From Mobula hypostoma (Eukaryota), in NCBI RefSeq assembly GCF_963921235.1, contig NC_086099.1, forward strand, positions 189,286,001-189,350,000: a DNA stretch of 64,000 nt, read 5' to 3'. The notes below the pieces were generated by a model. The model made no database searches. It saw only the letters and a list, made by a program, of their open reading frames with translations, and was not told where the DNA came from. A program made the position numbers and the translations under genes. Below, piece after piece: positions 14,416-26,309 of this stretch (position 1 is its first letter; each line of letters begins with the position of its first letter).

Positions 14416-14581
14416 CTTGAAACAAAAACAGGGTTGGAAAACATGAAATGAACATCACAATTTCATTTTAAGTTTATATAAAATCAGAAACTCCAGCACT
14501 TCAGTTCCACTTAGTGCACAAGAAAATAGATAATGTATATCATTTTTATGTAAAATTCACAGGAATCAATTTCATTCTTAC

Positions 14582-14670
14582 CTCTGTTCAAAGTAACTCT
14601 GGAGAGACCAAAGTCCGTTAATTTGATGTGCCCCTGGTTGGAAATTAACATGTTGTCTGGTTTCAGATCT
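14582..14670 (-). CDS. MASTL: MASTL exon 4 (catalytic loop and DFG)
   Basis: Acceptor tttcttttag|; (R)[29 protein letters not shown]; donor gtaaga; 89 nt. Confidence 0.96.
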
Positions 14671-15454
14671 CTAAAAGAAAGCAGATCAGATTAAATTGCA
14701 TTTTAAGAATGTCCCAAATATGCCCTGTTATAATCTCTCGATAGGACCACTTATGTCACTACTATATACACATACATAAAACAACAAAGATATGATTACT
14801 CGGATATGACTATTATATAAAATGCCAGAGTAACAAGAATATCTAGGAGCAAATTAGAAAGAAAAATGTTAAGGAAATTAGAAAGATGCACAGGAAAGAT
14901 GGATTAGTTCAAATCAAATTGTGTCTAATTAACTTTATAGTTTTTGTTGAAGGAACAGAGAGTCAATAAAGAAATATGGATGACATAATAGATGTGAACA
15001 CTTTGAAGGCATTTGACAAAGTGCAACATAATAGTCACCTTCAAGATTAAAGGTAGTACAGTAACAGAGGATTGTACCATCATGGCCAAGTGAGAGAACA
15101 CAGAGTACAAAAGAAATTTTGTGTTTACAGAAGAAATATTACTTTTCAAACGAGAGGAAAGTATACAACAAAGTTCCCCAGGTTTAGGTACAAGGACCTC
15201 TGCTTCTCCTAATATATGGTAAAGATTTGGCATCCAAAACACAGACCAATGGGGAACTAGTTCCTCTAGAATTAAATGCACTTCTAACATCTATCACAAT
15301 AGCAGTAGTGTGATATTTAGCTGAATGAGCTGCTAGGTTATAGTGAAACTAGGTTATATGTGGAGCTGGCAGGCAGCAACTCAGACAAGAACAAGTCTCA
15401 GAGCAATAGTACATGACATTTTGTAAATCTGATGTTCTCCACCAACAGATATGT

Positions 15455-15862
15455 CATAGAAACATAGAAAACCTACAGCACAACCTTTGGCCCACAAAAC
15501 TGTGCCGAACATGTCACTACCTCAGAACTACATAGGCCTTACCCATAGCCCTCTATTTTGCTAAGCTCCATGTAACCATCCAGGAGTCTCTTAAAAGACC
15601 CGATCATTTCTGCTTCCACCACCGCTGGCGGCAGCCCATTCCACGCACTCACCACTCTCTGCGTAAAAAACGTACCCCTGACATCTCCTCTGTGCCTACT
15701 TCTAAGCACCTTAAAACTATGCCTTCTCGTGCTAGCCATTTCAACCCTGGGGAAAAGCCTCTGACTGTCCACACAATCAATGCCTCTTAATATCTTGTAC
15801 ACCTCTATCAGGTCGCCTCTCATACTCCGTCGCTCCAAGGAGAAAAAGCCGAGTTCACTCAA
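15455..15862 (-). mobile_element. CR1 LINE 3' fragment
   Basis: FSLERRSMRGDLIEVYKI...FFTQRVVSAWNGLP; tail repeat catagaaa. Confidence 0.9.
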
Positions 15863-17402
15863 GAGAGTTTGAATGTTGTCAGTTTGAGAACGAGGAGATG
15901 AATTAAAATGGTTAGAAAATGGGAGCTCCAGTCGTGGTAAAAGGGATAGTAGACACTCAGTGAAGTGGTCGTCAAGTTTAAGCCTGGTCTCACCAACTGT
16001 GACTCATGGAAAACTGGACATTATAAAGCTCACTAAAAGAATAATCAAAAATGTGGCAATTTTTGATCATCAAAAATGACTGTTTTTGGAAAAAGTCACC
16101 AAGGGCCACTGTTATAAAAGTTGACATAAAACCCCAGAGATGAACAACTTGTGCTTCATCACTCCAATGCTCCTTAGTCAATAAGGCAACACCTTTTCAC
16201 AAGAAAGCTATAAACCTGAAGAGATTTTAGAGTCTTCGTTGATAATGGAGGAGGGTTATAAAATAATCCTTTTCTATGGATGGTCACAGAAAGTTCACAT
16301 CAAGGGCTGTGATTCCAAACGTAGGCATGAGATTTTGTGAGTAAAGTACGCCCTTGAGAGATCAGCAGAGCTCTGAAATCATGGAGGATTGTCAGGCGAG
16401 AAGGAAATGAAAACAACTGGGGTTGAGGAATGTACAAAAGATATCTTGCAAAGTAATTCAGGATAGGGCTTTGGCAGAGATTTAATCAGGAGACAGAGGA
16501 GCCATTAAGATGAATGCTGAAAAAAAATACTGTCAGAAGATGATATCAAAATATTAAGTGATCAGGACTTTGCCTCTATATGGGTGATTTGGGCAGATAA
16601 ATGGTACAAAGCATTGGCAAACATTAGTGATGAACGTAATATTACTATACAACAATCATGGAAAAATAATGAATATTTAAGAGACTCTTAGATAAAGTAC
16701 ATGGATGAAAGAAAAATGAAGGTCTATGTGGGAAGAAGGGCTAGATTAACTTTGGAGTAGGTTACGAGGTTGGCACAACTTTGTGGGCCAAAGGGCCTGT
16801 ATTGTACTATTTGACATTCTAACATTCAGCAATTCAGATGAAAGTTCTACATTTGGTCTTAAAAGTGTTCACGTTAGGAATAAGAAAGAGTGAACCATCT
16901 GGATTTTTAGCTAATTGCCAATCCAAATTTCTGTTACAGCAAAAAACACTTTGCATTAGCACTACGGAGGATTAGAGAAAACTTCTGAGTTCAATTCAAG
17001 TTTAATTGTCATTAAACCATATATGAATATAGCCAAATGAGACAGTGTTTCTTCAAGGCCAATGTGAAAAATATAGTACCAACAGTCACACAGAGCACGA
17101 AACACACATAGCACATACAAGACAGTAAGCACATAAAGGTATCAGTAAGATACAGACACACAATAAAAAAGTCCAAACTTGAGCCACAATAGAGCTTGTC
17201 TTCTGCTGAACAAACACTGGGAGGGGGGGGGGACAGCACTAACTCCAGCCTGGATGCTGTGCCACAGCACCCACTGTGGACCACTCTGGCTCCGATGCCT
17301 CTCAGCTGGTGGTTGTAAACAGGCGACACCACAGCTTGGGGCCTAAACCTCACCTTGACAAGACAGCAAGCACATTTGGATACAAGTGAAATGCAACATA
17401 TA

Positions 17403-18954
17403 CAGTGCCTATAAAAAGTATTTATCCCCCCTCCCCCAGAAGTTTTCATGTTTTACTGTTTGACAACATTGAATCACAGTGGATTTAATTTGGCTTTTTT
17501 TTTTAAAAAAAGTGATCAACAGAATAGACTCTTCTGTGTCAAAGTGAAAACAAATTTCAGCAAAATAATTGACTGCATAATTACTCACCCCCTTCAAGTC
17601 AGTATTTAGTAGATGCACCTTTGGCAGCAATTACAGCCTTGAGTCTGTGTGGATACACCTCCATCAGGTTTGCACATCTGGACACAGTGATTTCCCCCCC
17701 ATTCTTCTTCACAAAACTGCTCAAACTCTGTCAGATTGCATGGGAATTGTGAGTGAACAGCCCTTTTCAAGTCCAGCAACAAATTCTCAATTGGATTGAG
17801 GTCTGAACTCTGACTTGGTCAAGCCAGGACATTAACTTTGTTGTTTTTAAGCCATTCCTGTGTAGCTTTGGCTTTATGCTTGGGATCATTGCCCTTTTGG
17901 AAAACAAATCTTCTCCCAAGTTGCAGTTCTCTTGCAGACTGCGTCAGGTTTTCCTCCAGCATTCCCCTGTATTTTGCTACATTCATTTTGCCCTCTACCT
18001 TCACAAGCCTTCCAGGGTTTGCTACGGTGAAGCATTCGCACAGCATGATGTAGCCACTACCGTGCTTCACGGTAGAGATGGTGTTTTTGATGATGTGCGG
18101 TATTTGGCTTAATTTTGGTTTCATCAGACCATAGAACCTTCTTCTAGCTGACGTCAGAGTCTCCCATATGCCTTCTAGCAAACTCTAGCCGAGATTTCAT
18201 CTGAGTTTTTATCCCCCCCAACAGTGGCTTTCTCTTTGCTCCTCCCATAAAGCTGCAACTGGTGCAGCACCCAGTCTCTCTCCCATCTCAGCTACTGAAG
18301 CTTGTAACTCTTCCAGAGTTGTCATAGGTCACTTGGTGGCCTCTCTCACTAGTTCCCTTCTTGCACAGTCACTCAGTTTTTGAGGACGGCCTGCTCTGGG
18401 CAGAATTACAGCTGTGCCATATTCTTTCCATTTCGTGATGATTGACTGTACTCCAAGGAATATTCAGTGACTTGGAAATTTTCTTGTAACCATCTCCTGA
18501 TCTGTGCTTTTCAAAAACCTTGTCGCAGACTTGCTTGGAGTGTTCTTTTGTCTTCATGGTATAGTTTTTACCTGGATACTGACTCATCTGCAGTTGGACC
18601 TTGCAGATACAGGTGTATGTTTACCACAATCAATTAAAACAGCTTGACTGCACACAGATTTATATATAACTAGGACACCTTAACTAATTAGGTGACTTCT
18701 AAAACTAATTGGCTGCACCAATGATGATTTGGTGTGTCGTATTAAAGGGGGTGAATACTATGCAATCAATTATTTTGTGTTTTATATTTGCAATTCATTT
18801 AGATCACTTTGTAGAGATCTGTTTGGACCTTGACACAAGAGTCTTTTCTGATGATTAGTGTCAAAAATCAAATTAAATCCACTGTGATTCAATGTTGTAA
18901 AACAATAAAACATGAAAACTTCCAAGAGAGGTGAATACTTTTTAATAGGCACTG
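17403..18954 (-). mobile_element. Tc1-family DNA transposon (long IR/DR-type ends), transposase decayed
   Basis: Ends TA|CAGTGCCTATAAAAAGTAT and ATACTTTTTAATAGGCACTG|TA, with ~200-bp imperfect inverted ends. Transposase fragments MKTKEHSKQV...GYKKISKSLNIPWSTV and TVKHGSG...FQKGNDPKHKAK. Confidence 0.92.
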
Positions 18955-19086
18955 TATTATTATTAATACCCATTTTGCCCACATCTGAGGAAGTTTATTG
19001 GACTTTTCTTTCAATCTGTGAACCATACAGAAATACCATGCACATCAGTCCCTTAAGAAGAATTGAAAAAAGGTTGAAGAAATTCA

Positions 19087-19266
<180 letters not shown>

Positions 19267-19639
19267 CTAGAGAAAAGAAGTTTGATGATTTTTGTTTTGC
19301 TTGCCTAGAAAGGTTGTATTTTGCAGCAAATGTTGTAAATATTTAACATGAGGCGACCATATGTATAAATTCATGCAGATATCTTCAAAGAATTTTAAGC
19401 TGGCACGTCAGGCAGCAAACACTGGAATTTTCCCTACTAGACTCTTCTATCAAAATGCAAATGCAGCTACATTAAGTCTGCACTATCTGCAGTTTTCCAA
19501 CTCTAGGTACTCACATATACCACACTACTTTTTGTTTACCATCAGCAGTCATGTTTTTAAACCACCTAAATTCAACATTCTTGAATGCACTTACCGTGCT
19601 CCTTTAAAACACAGAAAGAAAAAAATTTCAGCAAAGTAA

Positions 19640-19955
19640 AGAAAGATTAGCTTTATTTGTCACAAGCACATCAAAACTTACAACGAAATACATCATTCTG
19701 CATCAATGATCAACACAGTCCAAGGACTGTGCTGGGGACACTTCACAAGTGTCGCCACATAGCACGCCCGCAATTCACTAAACTCAGCTGTATATCTATG
19801 GAGTGTGGGTGGAAATTGGTAAACCCCAAGTAAACCCACATGGTCATGGGGAGAACACACAAACTCCTTACAGACAGAGATGGGAATTAAACCCTGATTG
19901 ATGATTACTGGTGTTCTAAAGCGATTGTGCTAACCACTAGGCTACTGTGCTGCCT
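19640..19955 (-). mobile_element. tRNA-derived (V-SINE-like) SINE; related copies at ~20555-20840, ~23340-23590 (-) and ~54180-54750 (+)
   Basis: Minus-strand head GGCAGCACAGTAGCCTAGTGGTTAGC...GGGTTTAATTCC, then body TGTAAGGAGTTTGTGTGTTCTCCCCATGACCATGTGGGTTT. Confidence 0.7.
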
Positions 19956-20144
19956 GTTTATCATATTTAGTCCCCCTTTCTAAATTCTCCTCCCTTAACT
20001 GTTAACCACTTTTCAATCAAATGTTCATGGGATATTTATATTAAAAGAGTCTATGAATGCAAATTATTATTTAAAACAAGCTCTTAAGCATTTAACATTG
20101 GAGAACCAGCCATCTTCCACAAAACAGAAGTAGTGGTTACTTAC

Positions 20145-20282
20145 CAGATAAACATTATTGGCAGACTGCAGCGAGTAATACAGGTGTACAATAAAAGGGC
20201 TTTTACTTAGAGCCAGTGCAGCTCTCTCCGCCTGCAATTGGTGCACCATATTTTTATGTATCAGATCAGCCTTCTTGACAAC
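20145..20282 (-). CDS. MASTL: MASTL exon 2
   Basis: Acceptor cccaag|GTT; [46 protein letters not shown]; donor gtaagt; 138 nt. Confidence 0.96.
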
Positions 20283-21124
20283 CTTGGGTGAGAAGAAATG
20301 AAAATTTTCCATTAAACATTTAAGCATATTTGTATACAATAAATATTGGGATTATAAATATAATTCTATACTATTTACACCAATTTATCTACTTGTTACT
20401 GTATCACCCACTTTTCAGAAGATATTCCATTTGCCATTTTAGCAACTCGATATCACCCTATAGCTGAAGATGATTAAAATGCCACAAATTTTTGTATCAT
20501 CTACAAATTCACCAATCGTACTTGTACACTTACATCCAAGCTGTTATTGTTTGTTTAGAGACGCAGTGCAGAACAGGTTCTTGCATTCCAACCAGCTGTA
20601 CCGCCCAGCGGCCCACCTATTCCACCATAGCTTAATCACAGGATAAATTACAATGACCAGTTAACCTACTAACCAGTATGCCTTTGGACTATGGGAGGAA
20701 ACCAGACCACCCAGCAGAAACGTACAAGATTCACAGAAAGAATGTACAAACTCATTACTGCCAGTGCCAGAATTGAACTCCGGCCCCCAGAACACCTTTA
20801 GTAGTAATAGCGTCATGTTAGCTACTTCATTACCATGGTGCCTGTGATTAGTGTTAACTTATAACCAAGGGTTCTCAACCTGGGGTCTACGGACCCCTTG
20901 GTTAATGGTAGGGGTTCATGGCATAAAAAAGGCTGGGAATTACTGATCTATACAATTCATCCAACTCTCATCAGGCTTCCAATAGCAAAAACAATTCTCT
21001 GCCTTCTATCATCAAAATATTTTTTGGATTGAATCCGCCATGTTGTCTTTGAATGTCATACCTATTGGACCAGCTTTCTAACATGGGGCCTTGTCAAAGG
21101 CCATAATTAGCCTACATCAGTCAT

Positions 21125-21972
21125 ACTAATACAGAGAGGAAATTAAGAACCTGGTGGCATGGTGCGAAGACAATAACCTATCCCTCAACGTCATCAAGAT
21201 GAAGGAATTGGTTGTTGACTTCAGAAGGAGTAGCGGACCGCACAACCCAATTTACATCGGTGATGCGCAAGTTCCTCGGGGTCAATATCACAAATGACCT
21301 GACTTGGTCCGGCCAAGCAGAGCTCACTGCCAAGAAGGCCCACCAGCGCCTTTACTTCCTGAGAAAACTAAAGAAATTTGGCCTGTCCCCTAAAACCCTC
21401 ACTAATTTTTATAGATGCACCGTAGAAAGCATTCTTCTAGGGTGCATCACAACCTGGTATGGAAGTTGTCCTGTCCAAGACCGAAAGAGGCTGCAGAAGA
21501 TCGTGAACACGGCACAGCACATCACACAAACCAATCTTCTGTCCTTGGACTCACTTTACACCGTCGAAGCAGTGCTGCCAGGATAATCAAGGAGACGACC
21601 CACCCAGCCAACACACTTTTCGTCCCTCTTCCCTCCGGGAGAAGGCTTAGGAGCTTGAAGACTCGTACGGCCAGATTTGGGAACAGCTTCTTTCCAACTG
21701 TGATAAGACTACTGAATGGATCCTGACCCGGATCTGGGCCGTACCCTCCAAATATCCGGACCTGCCTTTTGGTTTTTTTGCACTACCTTACTTTCCATTT
21801 TTCTATTTTCTATTTAAGATTTATAATTTAAATTTTTAATATTTACTAATTTTTACTATTTTTAATATTTAATATTTGTAATCCAGGGAGTGGGAAGCAC
21901 AGAATCAAATATCGCTGTGATGATCGTACGTTCTAGTATCAATTGTTTGGCGACAATAAAGTATAAAGTATA
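21125..21972 (+). mobile_element. Rex1/Babar-type LINE, 5'-truncated, relatively young
   Basis: KFLGVNITNDLTW...KKAHQRLYFLRKLKKFG...FYRCTVESILLGCITTWYG; (AAAGTAT)n tail. Confidence 0.88.
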
Positions 21973-22055
21973 ACCCCGTGAAAATTTTAAATTAGTCAGA
22001 TATGGACTCTCTTTAACAAGAGCATGTTATCACTGATTTAAACCCTACCTTGTCA

Positions 22056-22881
22056 TTGCCCTAAATTAAGTATATATTGGGAAGGTATTCATAGAACATT
22101 AGTTAAGGTACTTAGGTCCCAGATACCTCTGAACTTTGAGACGCTCTATTTGGGGCATGTATTGTTTCTTGAACAGAAGGAAGACATTAGAAGATTGGCA
22201 CGAAACTATCTTGGAAATAATTAAAATGGAAAAGTTGACTTACTCCCTGAGAATTCAAAAAGAAAAATTTTATCAAATCTGGAATAAATGGATTGAATAT
22301 ATAACCCCAATGCGAGCAGACTTTAGATGACTCTCCTAATGATTTATACTGCTCTTCTCATCAACACAGTAATATTGCTAACGTAAGCACCCCTAGTCTA
22401 AATGTTTACTGTTTTTGTTTTCTTTTGGAAAATAGAGAATTAATACAAGTAAAGGAAAAGATTTGGGAAAGGGATAAAAAATGATAAAATTAAGTAAATA
22501 AGTACATAGGGATTGGATAATTATGTCTGGGGGCAGGAGCAAGCATGAACAAGTTAGGATATAAACACCTACAATGGTTGTTACATAGGATTACATACAA
22601 CATTTTGGACCAGAAAGAAATGGTCCAGAAGAGATATATGGAAACTATTGTTAGTATGTTTCTTAACAACTAATACCACTACTTAGCCTAATAGATTAGA
22701 ATTACCACTGTACATAATTATCTATTTAAGTGTCTAATTGCCTTTTATATCATCTCAATGTGTACTTAAGAATGTATAAATAATTATAGTTTTATACCTA
22801 AAAAAAATGGAAAAGGTTATAAATGTGGAAAAAGTACATGATACTTGTGAATTCCTTATCCAAATAAAAATAAAATTAAAA
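22056..22881 (+). mobile_element. 5'-truncated L1-clade LINE with a 16-bp TSD
   Basis: TSD AAACCCTACCTTGTCA at 22040-22055 and 22882-22897; ORF2 end MEKLTYSLRIQKEKFYQIWNKWIEY; A-rich tail. Confidence 0.9.
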
Positions 22882-24396
22882 AAACCCTACCTTGTCAAAT
22901 GCATATTAACTCTGCCCTTCAGATTTATTTTTCCAATCATTTTCCTACCATTGATGTTAAACTCAATGTAATTACTGCTGTTCTTGAAGAAAAGAACCAC
23001 ATTTGTTGTCTTCTAGGACCTCCTCTCTAGCCAAAGATTTGAAAGATCTCTGTCAGAGCCACAATCTACCTTGTGTTCCATAGCAGTCTGGGATACATCT
23101 CATCAGGACCCATGGATTTATCCACGTTTAAGACTGCCAAGATAACTGTTAACTCCTCTTTTTCAATAAACTTGTTCCAGAATTCCACTATGCCCCCTTC
23201 CTGAATTCTCCAGCTATACTGGTTTTGCCCCTAGTGAAAGCAGATTAAAAGTATTTATTGAAATCCCTGGATCCTCTGACTCCTTGCACAGATTTATAAT
23301 TTTGATCCCTGCAGTGGTCATTGGGCCTGTTTTCAACCTCTTCTGAGTCCGAACTGATCATCAAGCACCCGTTTACACTCTTACTATAATTACTCACCCA
23401 CATTCCATCATTTTTCACACTGTTCCACCACTCAGCTACACACTAGAAGTTATCCGCAAAACTTTCGATGTGAGTAGAAATGCATAGGGAGAATGTGCAA
23501 CTCTGCAAAGGCAGCAGAGATCAGGACAGAACTTGTAACTTTGGAATTGTGGTGCAGCAGCTCTACCAGCTGCACCTCTGCGGCCATTTCCATGATTACC
23601 TTATCTTCCTTAATTTTGCCTGCCAGATATCTCAAGTTCTCTCTTTGACCCAATTATCATTTTTATCTACCCCTGTATGTTCAGTAGTCCTGTAGGGGTG
23701 TTTTTCAGTTTCCCCACATCTGCCTCTTACTTTATATTTCTATTATTTACCTTTTTTATTCAAACCTTACATCCCTTGACATGTAGGAGTCCTTAAACTT
23801 GGTGGCCTTACCTTAAATCATTTTGGGAAAACAATGACACTGAAGTCTATTTTAGTTTTGAATGACACTTGCTGGCTACATGTAGATTTTTGTCTTGCAA
23901 GGAGCTGCTATTTGCTATCCTGTTTCATCATAACGAAATTAGCCTTACCACAATTCCAGTCCATCCTTATCTATCTCCATATTCCCCCCCTTAAACCCTC
24001 TGCTTTACATCTCCTTATGTGGCTTGGCATCAGTTGTTAAAGACTTGCAACATGCCAGTGGATGTTCTCCTCTGTTAAAGGTGCTATACAAGGGTAATTT
24101 ATATTTATTCTCATACATATAATCTGTACAGCACTTTGGTCAATGTCGGTTGTTTTTAAATGTGCTATATAAATAAATTTGACTTGACTTACTCCAACAT
24201 TCTACACCATCAAGGTAGTAGCGGTATAGAATGTACTCTGAGTGAAAGACTTCAGTATCCATCAGATTTATAAAAGACATCACCTATGATGAACAATCTA
24301 AGTTCTGAAGGACAGAACACTTGCAAATGTGGCCACTCATGCTTCTACTTACCCAGGTACAATCCTAACATTAAATGTAGTACTGCCTCTTCAAGT

Positions 24397-24636
24397 CAAG
24401 CAACACACACAAAAAATCGCTGGTCAACGCAGCAGGCCAGGCCACATCTATAGGAAGAGGAACAGTCGATATTTTGGGCCGAGACCCTTCGTCAGGACTA
24501 ACATTAAGGGTCTCGGCCCAAAACGTCGACTGTACCTCTTCCTATAGACGTGGCCTGGCCTGCTGCGTTCACCGGCATTTTTTGTGTGTGTTGTTTGAAT
24601 TTCCAGCATCTGCAGATTTCCACGTGTTTGCGTTTT
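24397..24636. mobile_element. Fold-back non-autonomous Penelope pLTR element with two oppositely oriented hammerhead remnants
   Basis: About 95-bp inverted arms (24397-24490 versus 24506-24600). Minus-strand hammerhead at 24464-24499; plus-strand partial hammerhead at 24506-24531. Confidence 0.85.
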
Positions 24637-24639
24637 TAA

Positions 24640-25810
24640 AGTCAAATCAAGTCACTTTTTATTGTCATTTTGACCATAACTGCTGGTACAGTACACAGTA
24701 AAAACGAGACAATGTTTTTCAGGACTATGGTGCTACAGGAACAATACAAAAACTACACTGAACTACGTAAAACAACACAAAACTACACTAGACTACAGAC
24801 CTACCCAGGACTGTATAAAGTGCACAAAACAGTGCAGGCATTACAATAAATAACAAGACAATAGGCACAGTAGAGGGCAGTAGGTTGGTGTCAGTCCAGG
24901 CTCTGGGTATTGAGGAGCCTGATGGCTTGGGGGAAGAAACTGTTACATAGTCTGGTCGTGAGAGCCCGAATACTTTGGTGCCTTTTGCCAGATGGCAAGA
25001 GGGAGAAGAGTTTGTATGAGGGGTGCGTGGAGTCCTTCATAATGTTGTTTGCTTTACGGATGCAGTGTGTGGTGTAAACATCTGTAATGGTGGGAAGAGA
25101 GACCCCGATGATCTTCTCAGCTATAACCATATAACAATTTCAGCACAGAAACAGGCCATCTCGGCCCTTCTAGTCCGTGCCGAACTCTTACCCTATCCTA
25201 TTCCCACCGACCTGCACTCAGCCTACAACCCTCTGTTTCTTTCCTGTTCATATATCTATCCAATTTAACTTTAAACGACAACATCGAACCTGCCTCAACC
25301 ACTTCTGCTGGAAGCTCATTCCACACAGCTACCACTCTCTGAGTAAAGAAGTTTCCCCTCATGTTACCCCAAACTTTTGTCCTCTAATTCTCAACCCAAG
25401 CCCTCTTGTTTGAATCTTCCCCACTCTCAATGGAAAAAGTCTAACCAGGTCAACTCTATCAATCCCCCTCATAATTTTAAAGACCTCAGTCAAGTCTCCC
25501 CTCAACCTTCTACGCTCCAAAGAATAAAGAACTAACTTGTTCAATCTTTCACTGTAACTTAGGAGATGAAACCCAGGCAACATTTTAGTAAACCTCCTCT
25601 GTACTCTCTCAAACTGACCTCACTATCCGCTGCAGGGTCTTGCGATCCGAGATGGTGCAATTTCCGAATCGGGTAGTGATGCAGCTGCTTAGTATGCTCT
25701 CAATACAACCTCTGTAGAACGTGGTGAGGATGGGGGCGGTGGGAGATGGACTTTTCTCAGCCTTTGCAGAAAGTAGAGACGCTGCTGGGCCTTCTTTGCT
25801 ATGGAGCTGG
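24640..25810 (-). mobile_element. Rex1/Babar-type LINE interrupted by a CR1 fragment (~25125-25612)
   Basis: KKAQQRLYFLQRLRKVHL and HPSYKLFSLLPSGKR...NSFFPQAIRLLN flank CR1 sequence (YSLERRRLRGDLTEVFK). Confidence 0.8.
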
Positions 25811-26309
25811 TCTCAGAGTCATACAACAGAAACACAGATTCTTTGGCGCACGACTTCCTTGCCGAGTACTTATCTACATTAATCTCAATAGGATTAATTA
25901 CATACTGGCTCAAAAAATCTCTTTAAAAATTCCACTCTATTTAAGCCTTAGGTGATCCTAGTTAACATTCTGGATGTTGAAGTCCCTTCCAACCAGTCAA
26001 AAATTTTCTGTGATTTCTCCACCTATTTGTTGCTCCACCACTTGTTAACTTGAGGCAAAATCCTCCCCAACAGTACCACTAAACCTCTCCCAACCCAACA
26101 ACCGCCAAGGATATTACATCCAGTTCAGTTGTGCAAGTCACCCCTTCCTCCAAAATGGTCCCTGTGAACTAGAAGTACAAGGCCCTCAAGCCTGCAGCAT
26201 CTCTTCAGTCACACATTCATCTGACCCATCCACTTATTCCCACCCTTACCACCAGCACATGACACTAGAAATACTATTGTCACCTTGCCAAAGGTAATAT
26301 TTACATCAG

